Positions 44,547 to 52,467 of a DNA stretch of 52,467 nucleotides are shown piece after piece. The DNA is taken from positions 1-52,467 of IMG/VR virus record IMGVR_UViG_3300020042_007840, one strand, 5' to 3'. Both the position numbers and the translations under genes were made by a program. The DNA comes from a virus (taxonomy: Duplodnaviria > Caudoviricetes). How positions within the stretch are numbered: position 1 is the first letter of the stretch; the number at the start of each line of letters is the position of its first letter. A model generated the notes under the pieces. It saw only the letters and a list, made by a program, of their open reading frames with translations. It was not told the origin of the DNA and searched no databases.

Positions 44547-45122
44547 TTAACAGGCCATGCCGCCCTTTTTCAACATCTTTCCTTTGGTCTTGCCTTTGAC
44601 AGCAATACCATCAGCCCTTGAGGATGCGGAGCCGCCCTTGGAGTAGGCCATGCCGCCACCCATCATTTTTTTAGCACTGCCGCCGTGTTTCATGGCAGAG
44701 TCTTTCATCATCTTGCCGTCAGGCATCTTGTGCATGCCTGCCATGCCACCCTTTTTCATCTTGCCTTCGCCATCAGCAGCAAAAGCTGGCATTTTCTTGC
44801 CATCTTTCATAACCATGGGCATACCACCTGATGCCATTTTGGCAGTGCCACCCTTTTTCATCCCAGGCATAGGAGGACGAGCGCCCATTGGGGGGCGAGC
44901 GCCCGGACGAGCACCCATGGAACGGCCTTTGAGTTTCTCGGCCATCATTGCAAGCATTTTTGGATCCATTGGCATAGCACCACCTCTGTTGAATTTTTTG
45001 CCTTTATCGGCATTACTGAAATCTTGCCCCACGGACTGCGGGACACCGGCCTTCTTCGCAAAAGCCGGGTTATGAGCCACAGCTTCCATGAACTTGTGTT
45101 GTTTCTTTGTTGAGGATGGCAT
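44547..45122 (-). CDS. Met/Lys/Gly-rich protein with eight hydrophobic-x-x-GG motifs and the C-terminal tag
   Basis: ORF translation. Confidence 0.8.
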   Translation of the reverse strand: MPSSTKKQHKFMEAVAHNPAFAKKAGVPQSVGQDFSNADKGKKFNRGGAMPMDPKMLAMMAEKLKGRSMGARPGARPPMGARPPMPGMKKGGTAKMASGGMPMVMKDGKKMPAFAADGEGKMKKGGMAGMHKMPDGKMMKDSAMKHGGSAKKMMGGGMAYSKGGSASSRADGIAVKGKTKGKMLKKGGMAC

Positions 45123-45799
45123 CAGATATACCTCCCCCGTGTTTTGCCCCTTTGGGCAATCCCATCACCCCGTTTAGACGCAGATGACTGAGTTGACATT
45201 GTCGTGCGTTTTGCAGGCTTGCGGGCCTTTACCCGGCCACCTTTTTTAAAGTCCGTGGAGCCAATGCTGTCCATGTCGTAATTTGCCATATCTGCGTTCT
45301 CAGGCATATCCGACACTGCGCTTTCGTTGTAATCAAATCCAGGCATCGTTGGGGTTTCATCAAAGTAACCCTGGTCGCCTGACATAGATCCAAAGTCTAT
45401 TGGGGCCTGCGCCTGGGGTCTAATCAGATCACTGATCCCACCCGGCAGAGCATTGGCGGCTTTATTCTCATAAGCCTCACGGACACCACGTTGCTGGGCG
45501 CTATTCATGGCCGTCTGCCTATCCATGACTTCGTTTAAATCTGGGTCAATTTGGCTGTTGATGGCTCTGCCACCGGCCTTGATAGCCGAACCCACGGGGT
45601 CAGTAACAGCGTCCATTACTTTGCGAGCATTCTCCCTGGAATACTCTGGCAATTGATCAATGACTCTGTTTCGCATGTATCGACCAGGGTTCAAGACTGC
45701 ATCCGCACCGGGGATTTTCTCAGCGGCCTTCTGCGCCAAATATCCTTTGATGCCGGTTATGGCATAAGGTATCAATGGTGTAAGTGGGCCTGCCATCAC
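45122..45799 (-). CDS. Hypothetical protein with C-terminal ASKRGDG..RGKTRG tag
   Basis: ORF translation. Confidence 0.75.
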   Translation of the reverse strand: MMAGPLTPLIPYAITGIKGYLAQKAAEKIPGADAVLNPGRYMRNRVIDQLPEYSRENARKVMDAVTDPVGSAIKAGGRAINSQIDPDLNEVMDRQTAMNSAQQRGVREAYENKAANALPGGISDLIRPQAQAPIDFGSMSGDQGYFDETPTMPGFDYNESAVSDMPENADMANYDMDSIGSTDFKKGGRVKARKPAKRTTMSTQSSASKRGDGIAQRGKTRGRYI

Positions 45800-46039
45800 T
45801 CACCCTTTTTGACGAATAAGTTCGTCAATCTTTGCTTCAAGGCGGTTAAACCGTTGGTCAATGTGGTCAGTAATTCTTTGCACTTCTGCTTGAGTAACGT
45901 AATCACGGGCAACTTCCTCCCTTGTCTTGTTTATCAGAATGCTCAAACGGGAAATTTCTTCAAACTTCTCCCGCATCACAAAAACCAACAGCCCTATAAA
46001 CAGGGTTAAAACTGTTGACCAGATTGATTGCATGTCCAT
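45800..46039 (-). CDS. Small TM plus coiled-coil protein
   Basis: N-terminal TM; LINKTREEVA.DYVT. Confidence 0.75.
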   Translation of the reverse strand: MDMQSIWSTVLTLFIGLLVFVMREKFEEISRLSILINKTREEVARDYVTQAEVQRITDHIDQRFNRLEAKIDELIRQKG

Positions 46040-46040
46040 C

Positions 46041-46283
46041 TCAGCATGCCCATGCCCGGAGGGCTTTGTTAATCCGTGAGTTTGGATCTTTTGCAGTCTT
46101 CTCTGAAGTCAACTTTTCCTTCATCCCACTCATCCTTGCACAGAAAGAGTCTCGCCTGCTGCCGCCCTCTGGTTGCGGAGGCTTCAGGTTCATGCCTTGT
46201 TTTTTCGCAGAGGCCCGTCCCTTGGCGTTTAAACCGCCCTTGGGGTTCTTGCCTTCCTTGCGTGTCCATGCGGGACTAGCCAT
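46041..46283 (-). CDS. Small basic protein (DUF6321-like)
   Basis: GGLNAKGR, RR.SFCARM and SR..KALR.W.C. Confidence 0.75.
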   Translation of the reverse strand: MASPAWTRKEGKNPKGGLNAKGRASAKKQGMNLKPPQPEGGSRRDSFCARMSGMKEKLTSEKTAKDPNSRINKALRAWAC

Positions 46284-46557
46284 AGAACACTACTGCGGTG
46301 GTAGTTGCAGATACTACGGCAGATATATTGGTATCACATCTAATTCCCTCACCGGGCATCAGAATATAAATAGCCCCTGCCGCCGCTGGCGCAGTGAAAG
46401 AAAATCTAGCAGTGCCGCCTGTTCCATCATTTAATACAACCGTTGCTCCCGTTGAGTAACTGATTGATATACCTTTGATGCGGGCAGGGCCAGCAAAAAT
46501 AGTAGTGGTTGCATTAGCAGCCGCAGCCGCTGATTTAACGTCTGTTTGCATTGCCAT
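46276..46557 (-). CDS. Small beta-rich virion protein
   Basis: MQTDVKS...PGEGI..; RBS AGGAG. Confidence 0.7.
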   Translation of the reverse strand: MAMQTDVKSAAAAANATTTIFAGPARIKGISISYSTGATVVLNDGTGGTARFSFTAPAAAGAIYILMPGEGIRCDTNISAVVSATTTAVVFYG

Positions 46558-46569
46558 AATCAATCTCCT

Positions 46570-46594
46570 AAAAAGCGGGGGCCGAAGCCCCCTA
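46570..46594 (-). terminator. Rho-independent terminator
   Basis: GGGGGC-TTCG-GCCCCC followed by GCTTTTT. Confidence 0.85.
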
Positions 46595-46600
46595 GATCAA

Positions 46601-47092
46601 TTACTGTTGAGTGGCAGTTGGGTTGGCAGAGCCATCACTGTCTTTCACAACATACGTCAAAGTCAATGTGCCAGCACCAGAGGTGGCGGTGACGTTGGCC
46701 TGTGTAAACGTGATGATTGCGTCTGTCGTACCTACGTTGTTGCACAACACAGCAGCGGCGGCACTGTTGTTGCCAAGCAAAATATTGACGATGCCCGTGT
46801 TTGTGAACACACTTCCGTTTGCCGCTGTATTGATTGCAACAGCATTAGCGAAAAGTGCGTATGTAGGGGTGGTCGTTGCGTAGGCAACGGTGGTGTTGAA
46901 CTGAGCGGTCAGAATCTGTGAGCCTGCGGGGATCGTAAAGGCAACCGTAGCCGCCGTTATGTCCGTGTACAAAATGGCTTTAGACTGCGAAACAACTGTT
47001 GCGCCCAGGTTGCGAATTGTGCCTGACGTAGCGCCAGTGGTGTTTTTAACAGTGCCCAACAACCAAGGGCCAAGGTGAGTTGCGAATCCCAT
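46601..47092 (-). CDS. Capsid decoration / cement-like protein
   Basis: Follows the major capsid gene; beta-rich; IPAGSQI. Confidence 0.65.
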   Translation of the reverse strand: MGFATHLGPWLLGTVKNTTGATSGTIRNLGATVVSQSKAILYTDITAATVAFTIPAGSQILTAQFNTTVAYATTTPTYALFANAVAINTAANGSVFTNTGIVNILLGNNSAAAAVLCNNVGTTDAIITFTQANVTATSGAGTLTLTYVVKDSDGSANPTATQQ

Positions 47093-47113
47093 AAGAATAG
47101 CTCCATGCGTTAA

Positions 47114-47172
47114 GGCGTATCAATCTTGCATGACAGTCAGCCGGGACTGTTTGATACACCGGTTTTCCCGGA
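47114..47172 (-). ncRNA. Structured RNA downstream of the capsid gene (candidate Mu-gpT-DE motif)
   Basis: Stem GGUGUAUCAA/UUGAUACGCC, inner ACAGUC/GACUGU, possible CCGGGA/UCCCGG pairing; genomic position fits. Confidence 0.55.
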
Positions 47173-47180
47173 ATGCCTCA

Positions 47181-47209
47181 TTTATACCATGTAGTTTAAA
47201 CGGACACAA
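47181..47209 (-). promoter_or_regulatory. Candidate late promoter
   Basis: TTGTGT-17-TATAAA with a TG extension. Confidence 0.5.
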
Positions 47210-47210
47210 G

Positions 47211-47239
47211 AAAAAAGGGGGCTTGTGGCCCCCTTTTTT
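47211..47239 (-). terminator. Rho-independent terminator after the major capsid gene (bidirectional form)
   Basis: A6-GGGGGC-ttgtg-GCCCCC-T6. Confidence 0.9.
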
Positions 47240-47248
47240 ACTTACCTA

Positions 47249-48160
47249 TCAAGAAGATCCGGGTGAACCGAAAATTCCCAAAGGATCCGAAACGCCGAAG
47301 CTGTAACGCTCACGGGCCTTGTAACGCACGTTACCGGTATCAAAGTCACCGTCCATGCCCGTAGCCATGGGGGTGCGAACGAAATGCTTCAAGCCGTTAG
47401 GAACGTCAGTGGTCAGGAACCATGCGTTCGTATCGGTCAGGTAGTGGTTAACGCAGTAACCCTCTGCAATCGAACCATTGTTCTTCAGAGCGTTGATGTC
47501 GTTGTCGGTTGTGCCAACACGCAACTCAGTCTCTAAGAGGCGAGTTGAAACGAACATCAGGCTAGGAGGAACAACCAGCTTTTTAGGCTTGGCTGCGATC
47601 AACAAACCGCGCTCATCCGTCCAGCCAGCGATCTGAATAACTGCGTTTTCCAACGAAGTTTCATTCAGGTCAGCGCCAGTGGTTGGGCGATTGCTGTTAG
47701 TGCCACCAGAGATCAGGGGGTGGGCAGTGTTACACAAGGAAACACCGTCACCGTAGGTCACCGTGGTGTTGAACGCTTGGTTCAGCACAAAAGCGGCCTT
47801 AACCTGCTTGGTATACGCCATTGCACGGGCCAAAGCTTTGGTGTAACGGGCAGACAAAGAGTCATAGAGGTTGTCCTCAATGGCTTCTTCAGTGACCGAG
47901 AAACCCATAGCGATGGTTTCGTGGTTGTAGCGGGCAGTCCAAGCCTCTTGACCATTGTCATAAGCAATAGCGGAGCCTTCATTCTTCACCGGAGCGGCAG
48001 AGAATCCAGACAGCTTGGTTTCTTCTTCAAAAGAACGCTCTGAGGTTTCGGTCTCATAGATCTCTTTATGCTCTTCCTGGTAGGTAGCATAAGACAAACC
48101 GAACAGGGCGTTCAAGCCGGGGAGCAACTCTTTGAGTAGCTGTGCGCGTGAAATTGCCAT
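47249..48160 (-). CDS. Major capsid protein (Mu gpT-like family)
   Basis: MAISRAQLLKELLPGLNALFG...DFDTGN.RYKARERYSFG; followed by a strong terminator. Confidence 0.9.
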   Translation of the reverse strand: MAISRAQLLKELLPGLNALFGLSYATYQEEHKEIYETETSERSFEEETKLSGFSAAPVKNEGSAIAYDNGQEAWTARYNHETIAMGFSVTEEAIEDNLYDSLSARYTKALARAMAYTKQVKAAFVLNQAFNTTVTYGDGVSLCNTAHPLISGGTNSNRPTTGADLNETSLENAVIQIAGWTDERGLLIAAKPKKLVVPPSLMFVSTRLLETELRVGTTDNDINALKNNGSIAEGYCVNHYLTDTNAWFLTTDVPNGLKHFVRTPMATGMDGDFDTGNVRYKARERYSFGVSDPLGIFGSPGSS

Positions 48161-48170
48161 TTCTTACTCC

Positions 48171-48767
48171 TTAAACACCAGTGGTGTTGTTATATTGGTG
48201 AGTGTTGATTTTCACCAACAGTTCGGTGTAAGTGTCGGCTGCGGTAGCAGTCTCAGGCACAACATCGATCACACGGATTGGGATAGTGGCGGTAGTGCCT
48301 GCACCGGTCAAGGTCACAGCAAAAGCAGAGTTACCAGTGGTAGTGCTGCCAGCGTTGAGAACCAAAGCCAAGTTAGTGCCGACAACGGTACGACCTGCGG
48401 AACTCATGGTAGTGCCAGAAGACACAACAGCCACTTTGAAAAGTGCTTGTTGGTCATCAACCACATACGCATAAGCAAGGTTGGTAGCAGTGCTAACGGA
48501 AGCGGGCACATACTGACCTTCAACGGTTTGACCGCTAGAGTTCACATATGAACCGCCAACGCACACGCCAACAATAGTGCCAGAGTTGGTGGTAGTTGAG
48601 AGAATCAGATAGCCGGTGCTGTCGATCTGAACCGTATCTCCAGAGAAGATAGCAGTGCCAAAAGAAGCGGCAACGGGAATCTGTCGGAAAGCACCAGCAT
48701 AGGGCTTGCCATCAATAGAATTGATAGGCTTTAGACCGTAGGGTGCTGAGACAGTGGGGTAAGCCAT
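48171..48767 (-). CDS. Capsid-associated protein
   Basis: APYGLKP..IFSGD.V; immediately upstream of the capsid gene. Confidence 0.7.
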   Translation of the reverse strand: MAYPTVSAPYGLKPINSIDGKPYAGAFRQIPVAASFGTAIFSGDTVQIDSTGYLILSTTTNSGTIVGVCVGGSYVNSSGQTVEGQYVPASVSTATNLAYAYVVDDQQALFKVAVVSSGTTMSSAGRTVVGTNLALVLNAGSTTTGNSAFAVTLTGAGTTATIPIRVIDVVPETATAADTYTELLVKINTHQYNNTTGV

Positions 48768-48789
48768 GTTTTAAGCTCCAAAAAGTTTG

Positions 48790-49245
48790 TTAACGTCTAC
48801 CGAGACTGACCTTGGTGCTACGCTCTTTGAACATAGGCATCCGAGGATCACTCTCTCGCATGAAGTTGTTATCCACCGAGTTCATCTGCGACTCTGCCTG
48901 ATTCAGGTAGTAAGCATCACGATCTCTGACGAATTCAACCGGGGTTTTGCAAAGTAACAGGCCACCAATTTCAATACCATCAGGAAATCGCCCGTTAGGG
49001 TTATTCAGTAGGCTCAACTTTGGTTGCGATGCTGCTTTTACAGGTTCCCATCCCTCGCGGAGTTTGGAAGTAATGTTAACGGGATCGGGTTTATCAAGAG
49101 TGCTGAGCCGAATCCAACGGAAAGCCCATCCATCTTCTGCTTCAGGTTCAGGCAGAAGTTGGGGTGGCATCCATTTAGCGGGACGCTGAAATTCATTTCG
49201 TGACTCTTTGCTCCGTGGCGTTCTAACCTGCTCATCCATTTTCAT
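48790..49245 (-). CDS. Conserved head-module protein
   Basis: W.PP..LP, FRWIR, REGWEPV and GGLLLCK.P. Confidence 0.75.
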   Translation of the reverse strand: MKMDEQVRTPRSKESRNEFQRPAKWMPPQLLPEPEAEDGWAFRWIRLSTLDKPDPVNITSKLREGWEPVKAASQPKLSLLNNPNGRFPDGIEIGGLLLCKTPVEFVRDRDAYYLNQAESQMNSVDNNFMRESDPRMPMFKERSTKVSLGRR

Positions 49246-50191
49246 TTCTCCTTAATACCGCAACCTGACGGGCGTATTCCTTGAGAGGAATATTCAACCG
49301 CTTGGCGATGTTGACTTCCGATGCTGACAATGTGATCTTTTTAGGGGCCACACTGCGAGAAGCAGAAGCAACTACATTTGCTTTTGGGCGCTGAGACGTT
49401 TCAGCGGGTTTCTCAGAGGCAAACTTCTCTGGAAACACTTGGCGCAACCTACCATTGATGCGTTGGTAGTATTCTTCGCTTTGAGGGCTTATGCCATCCT
49501 CCAAGACCAGCTTCTCATGCAGTGCAAGAGCGTAACCGGTCATTTCCCGATCCTGCCCAAACCATTGATTGGCGCGTTTCCAATCTTCTGCTTTGTGATC
49601 GACAGGCGCGTTTAAACTGGTTTGTACAGGATTTTCATCCACCTGTAAAGGCTTGGGTACAAAATTGTTTACACGTTCGGCCTTCATCTTGGCGGTGGTC
49701 AATTCATCCTGGGCGTTGACCAAAGCGTCAGAGTCACCACTTTCGTAGGCGGCTTTGTACTTGATCTTGGCCTGTTCCACCTCATTGGCAACAACCTTTT
49801 TGGCTTGTTCCAATAAAGCGTTTTGACCCACATTGAGGTTGCCTTTAAGCTTTTGGTTCTCATTGTGCAGGGCTTGAGCAAGCTTAATAGCCTCCTCACG
49901 CTCCCGCAGGGATGATTCCTTGGCGCGGCGCTCATCGTGATATGCCTTGTGGAACTCACGAATCTTGTTGCGGTCACGCTTGCTATAAGAGGCTAACTCC
50001 TCATCGGTAGGATCTTCCGGGGGTGTGTCCATGGGTTTTCTGCCACGGTCTTCTTCCGGGGTATCGTCAACGACTTCAATCTCATCATCGTTTTCCTCTG
50101 GAGTTGAATCTTCCACAGGCACAACTTTGCTCCCAAGGCGGGATTTTTTCTCCTCAGCCTCATCGGGAAACTCAAACTCAACTTTTTCCAT
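49232..50191 (-). CDS. Scaffolding protein
   Basis: Acidic N-terminus, coiled coil, W...NQWFG.D, C-terminal IAKRL.IP..EYA; synteny. Confidence 0.75.
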   Translation of the reverse strand: MEKVEFEFPDEAEEKKSRLGSKVVPVEDSTPEENDDEIEVVDDTPEEDRGRKPMDTPPEDPTDEELASYSKRDRNKIREFHKAYHDERRAKESSLREREEAIKLAQALHNENQKLKGNLNVGQNALLEQAKKVVANEVEQAKIKYKAAYESGDSDALVNAQDELTTAKMKAERVNNFVPKPLQVDENPVQTSLNAPVDHKAEDWKRANQWFGQDREMTGYALALHEKLVLEDGISPQSEEYYQRINGRLRQVFPEKFASEKPAETSQRPKANVVASASRSVAPKKITLSASEVNIAKRLNIPLKEYARQVAVLRRNENG

Positions 50192-50202
50192 GATTCATTT
50201 CC

Positions 50203-50613
50203 TCATGCGCGAGTTATTCCGCGAGGATCTTGGACAACACCTTCGACAGAGTCATCATTGATCATTCGGAATTCTTTTCCATGAATCTTGATCCGGGTTC
50301 CTGTGTTGGGACGGACAAGGACAAAATCACCAACCTTGCATGAAGGGCCAGATGGGAATCGCTTCTCATCCTTGTAGGCATCAGGGCCAAGCTTCACGAC
50401 AAAAAGCACTGGGGACAGCACCTCTTCGTAATGCACGGTCTGATTGGCCTTTACAAGGCCACTTTCATACTCTTCGTTGATGTCGGGCAACACACACAAG
50501 ATGTGAAATGTTGCTGGTTCAGGCAGTTGCTTTGCCTTCTCCTCTGCCGTTTCAGGCAGAACTGATACTGGCCCTTGCGGATCAAGCGTCTGTCCTATAA
50601 GGATTTCAGTCAT
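50203..50613 (-). CDS. groES: GroES-like co-chaperonin
   Basis: P....IL, ESGL, V..LGPDAY, KVGD.V and FRMINDD.V. Confidence 0.85.
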   Translation of the reverse strand: MTEILIGQTLDPQGPVSVLPETAEEKAKQLPEPATFHILCVLPDINEEYESGLVKANQTVHYEEVLSPVLFVVKLGPDAYKDEKRFPSGPSCKVGDFVLVRPNTGTRIKIHGKEFRMINDDSVEGVVQDPRGITRA

Positions 50614-50809
50614 CTATGAATTTCTCCAAGCGTTGTTCAAGGTCGTTGATGATGGATTGTGCGAACAGTAGACCCCGAATGTGGCCGCACACTTCTCGGT
50701 ATGCCGGGTAATCTTGCGCAGACCCGGAACCCAGACTCTCTGAAAGACCTGTTTTTCTCTCCTCAAGCTGTTGAGTGAGATATGACAGGATCTTGTACTC
50801 TTCATTCAT
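50606..50809 (-). CDS. Small conserved protein between portal and GroES
   Basis: G.A.DY..YR..CG.IRGL. Confidence 0.75.
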   Translation of the reverse strand: MNEEYKILSYLTQQLEERKTGLSESLGSGSAQDYPAYREVCGHIRGLLFAQSIINDLEQRLEKFIDD

Positions 50810-52467
50810 TTTGTGCCTCGTTTAAACAGATCAACCTGAACCTTTTGGTTGTTTTGGCGGGTCTGTTCTTGGATCCGCGCCATTTCAATCTGCGCCTGTG
50901 AAGCTGCCTTTTCTTTGTCTAAGGCCAGCTTTTCTTGGGCAATTTGAATATCTGATTGCATCTTCTGCGCCTTCGCTTGGACTTCTGTACCGCGCAGTTG
51001 AAGCTCTTTCTGTTGCATCTGAATGAGTGGGTCTTGGGCCTGTTGCTGAGCTTGTTGTTGCTGGGCTTTGGACTTGTTGAGTTGGAGAACCTGGGCAGAG
51101 CCTTGCGCGACCAGCCTGGAGATTTGGACTTCGACATCCTCGGGGAGTTGTGCATCCGGGGCGGGCAGGGCCACGCCAATTTGTTCCTCTACCTGACGGC
51201 GGTATTGGAATGCCAGATGCTCGGCAATATGCGCCATTGCTTGTGCTTGCATCTTCTGAGCCATGGGGTTCTGTCCAATCTGAGCGGCGATGGATGGATC
51301 CTGCATGAACGCAGTGTGAGATCCGATGTGGGCTTCGTGATCTTGATAGATAAAGGCTTTGGTTGGCTTTCCGTTGAGGAATGCCATGTTCTCGCTGATT
51401 GGATCCTTCGGCGTTTGATCGTCTTCCGTTGGAACCAGCTTATCTGCGTTGTTGACACCCAACACCTCAATCATTTGGCGGTGGAGTTGGGGCAGGTTAT
51501 AGATCTGCGGGGCTTGAGCGGCCAACTGCATCACAGCTTGATACTGCATGATCCGCTGCGCCATTGTGCTGGAGTTGGGATCAGAGACCGGGATCACCTC
51601 GACCATGTCGTAATCCGACTGCTTGGCCTTGCGGTCACCTTCAATCGGATCGTAGTCGTATTGCTGGGGGGTGTAGTCGCGGATGATTTCTTTGAGCAGT
51701 TTAAACTCCTGCTTCATTGAATAATGCACCCGCGCCTGCACGGCGCTCATGGTCTTGAGGGTTCTTTCCAGCAGTGCCAGCGTGGTTCCAACTGGGGCAT
51801 TGGAACTCATGTCGGAGATGTTCATGTCCGATATGGCCCCAAGCCTGCGGCCCTCTTCAGTGATCTTGTCCAGCAATGTTGCCAAAACCTGCGAAGGCTC
51901 CTTGTAGGGGAGCGTCATCACGTTATCTTTGATGGCCCCGCTGGGGACATCCACATCCCTGAACTCACCGGGCTGGATCGGGGTGTCATCTCCTTTGATC
52001 CGCATGCCACGGGCTTTTAAGCCTCCGGGCAAGTTTGACAGGGTTCCTGCGTCCACCAATTGGCGAATGATTGAGGTTCCTGCGCGGGCGTATCCACCAA
52101 TGATGTGGATCAGGCCAAGGCCATAAAAACCAAAGCCGGGGATGTAGCAGTAGTCAACAAAGTGTTGTCTGCGGATTTTAAGAGGATCTTCAGGATTCCA
52201 ATTGCGGCGAATTGCCAGCACCTCATTGGTTCCGCGCTCGACTGTGATGACATATGGAAGGGCAATTCCGGTCTCTTCACCATCCTCATCTTTGTCTTCA
52301 TAGCCCTCAATCTCCATGTCCACATGGACTTCTAGGAGTTGATAGCGGTCATCATCTGAGGCTTTGTAGCCTTGCTGATCTGCTTTTTTCTTTTCAATGT
52401 CGGTCAAGACATTGATGGGGTCACCCAACTCAATATCCCGGTAGAAGCAACTGACCTGAAATTTACG
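50806..52467 (-). CDS. Portal protein, 5'-truncated by the window end
   Basis: PGFGFYGLGLIH, RQLVDAGTLSNLP, APVGTTLALLE, Q-rich barrel; frame open to the window edge. Confidence 0.88.
   Translation of the reverse strand, partial: RKFQVSCFYRDIELGDPINVLTDIEKKKADQQGYKASDDDRYQLLEVHVDMEIEGYEDKDEDGEETGIALPYVITVERGTNEVLAIRRNWNPEDPLKIRRQHFVDYCYIPGFGFYGLGLIHIIGGYARAGTSIIRQLVDAGTLSNLPGGLKARGMRIKGDDTPIQPGEFRDVDVPSGAIKDNVMTLPYKEPSQVLATLLDKITEEGRRLGAISDMNISDMSSNAPVGTTLALLERTLKTMSAVQARVHYSMKQEFKLLKEIIRDYTPQQYDYDPIEGDRKAKQSDYDMVEVIPVSDPNSSTMAQRIMQYQAVMQLAAQAPQIYNLPQLHRQMIEVLGVNNADKLVPTEDDQTPKDPISENMAFLNGKPTKAFIYQDHEAHIGSHTAFMQDPSIAAQIGQNPMAQKMQAQAMAHIAEHLAFQYRRQVEEQIGVALPAPDAQLPEDVEVQISRLVAQGSAQVLQLNKSKAQQQQAQQQAQDPLIQMQQKELQLRGTEVQAKAQKMQSDIQIAQEKLALDKEKAASQAQIEMARIQEQTRQNNQKVQVDLFKRGTK

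Noticed and set aside
1-52467. Alternative genetic code
   Set aside because: Core genes are intact in the standard code and TAA, TAG and TGA all end genes

Overview
About 52 kb of a tailed dsDNA bacteriophage genome (Caudoviricetes, probably short-tailed with ejected internal proteins). It is close to complete: the portal gene runs off the right end and no terminase large subunit is in the window. The Mu-gpT-like capsid, GroES and PolA/UvrD/SNF2/primase set resemble uncultured freshwater and marine phages as I recall them. Sigma70, IHF, Fur and DnaA motifs suggest a proteobacterial host (inference). Layout: 1-4.6 kb, leftward early genes built as repeated promoter/leader/gene/terminator/27-bp-repeat cassettes; 4.6-5.9 kb, nuclease and TerS-like genes; 5.9-6.4 kb, origin-like palindrome between divergent promoters; 6.4-11.0 kb, small rightward mosaic genes; 11.1-11.3 kb, structured RNA candidate; 11.4-20.5 kb, replication; 20.5-52.5 kb, leftward virion and lysis genes. 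I saw no integrase, RNA polymerase, tRNA or CRISPR array. Most notable: (1) the early cassette array with its G-rich repeat, fixed-spacing operator and host-factor sites; (2) a hydrophobic-x-x-Gly-Gly motif and a shared C-terminal tag across many unrelated late proteins; (3) two candidate structured RNAs. All family assignments are from motif recognition by eye, not database searches.
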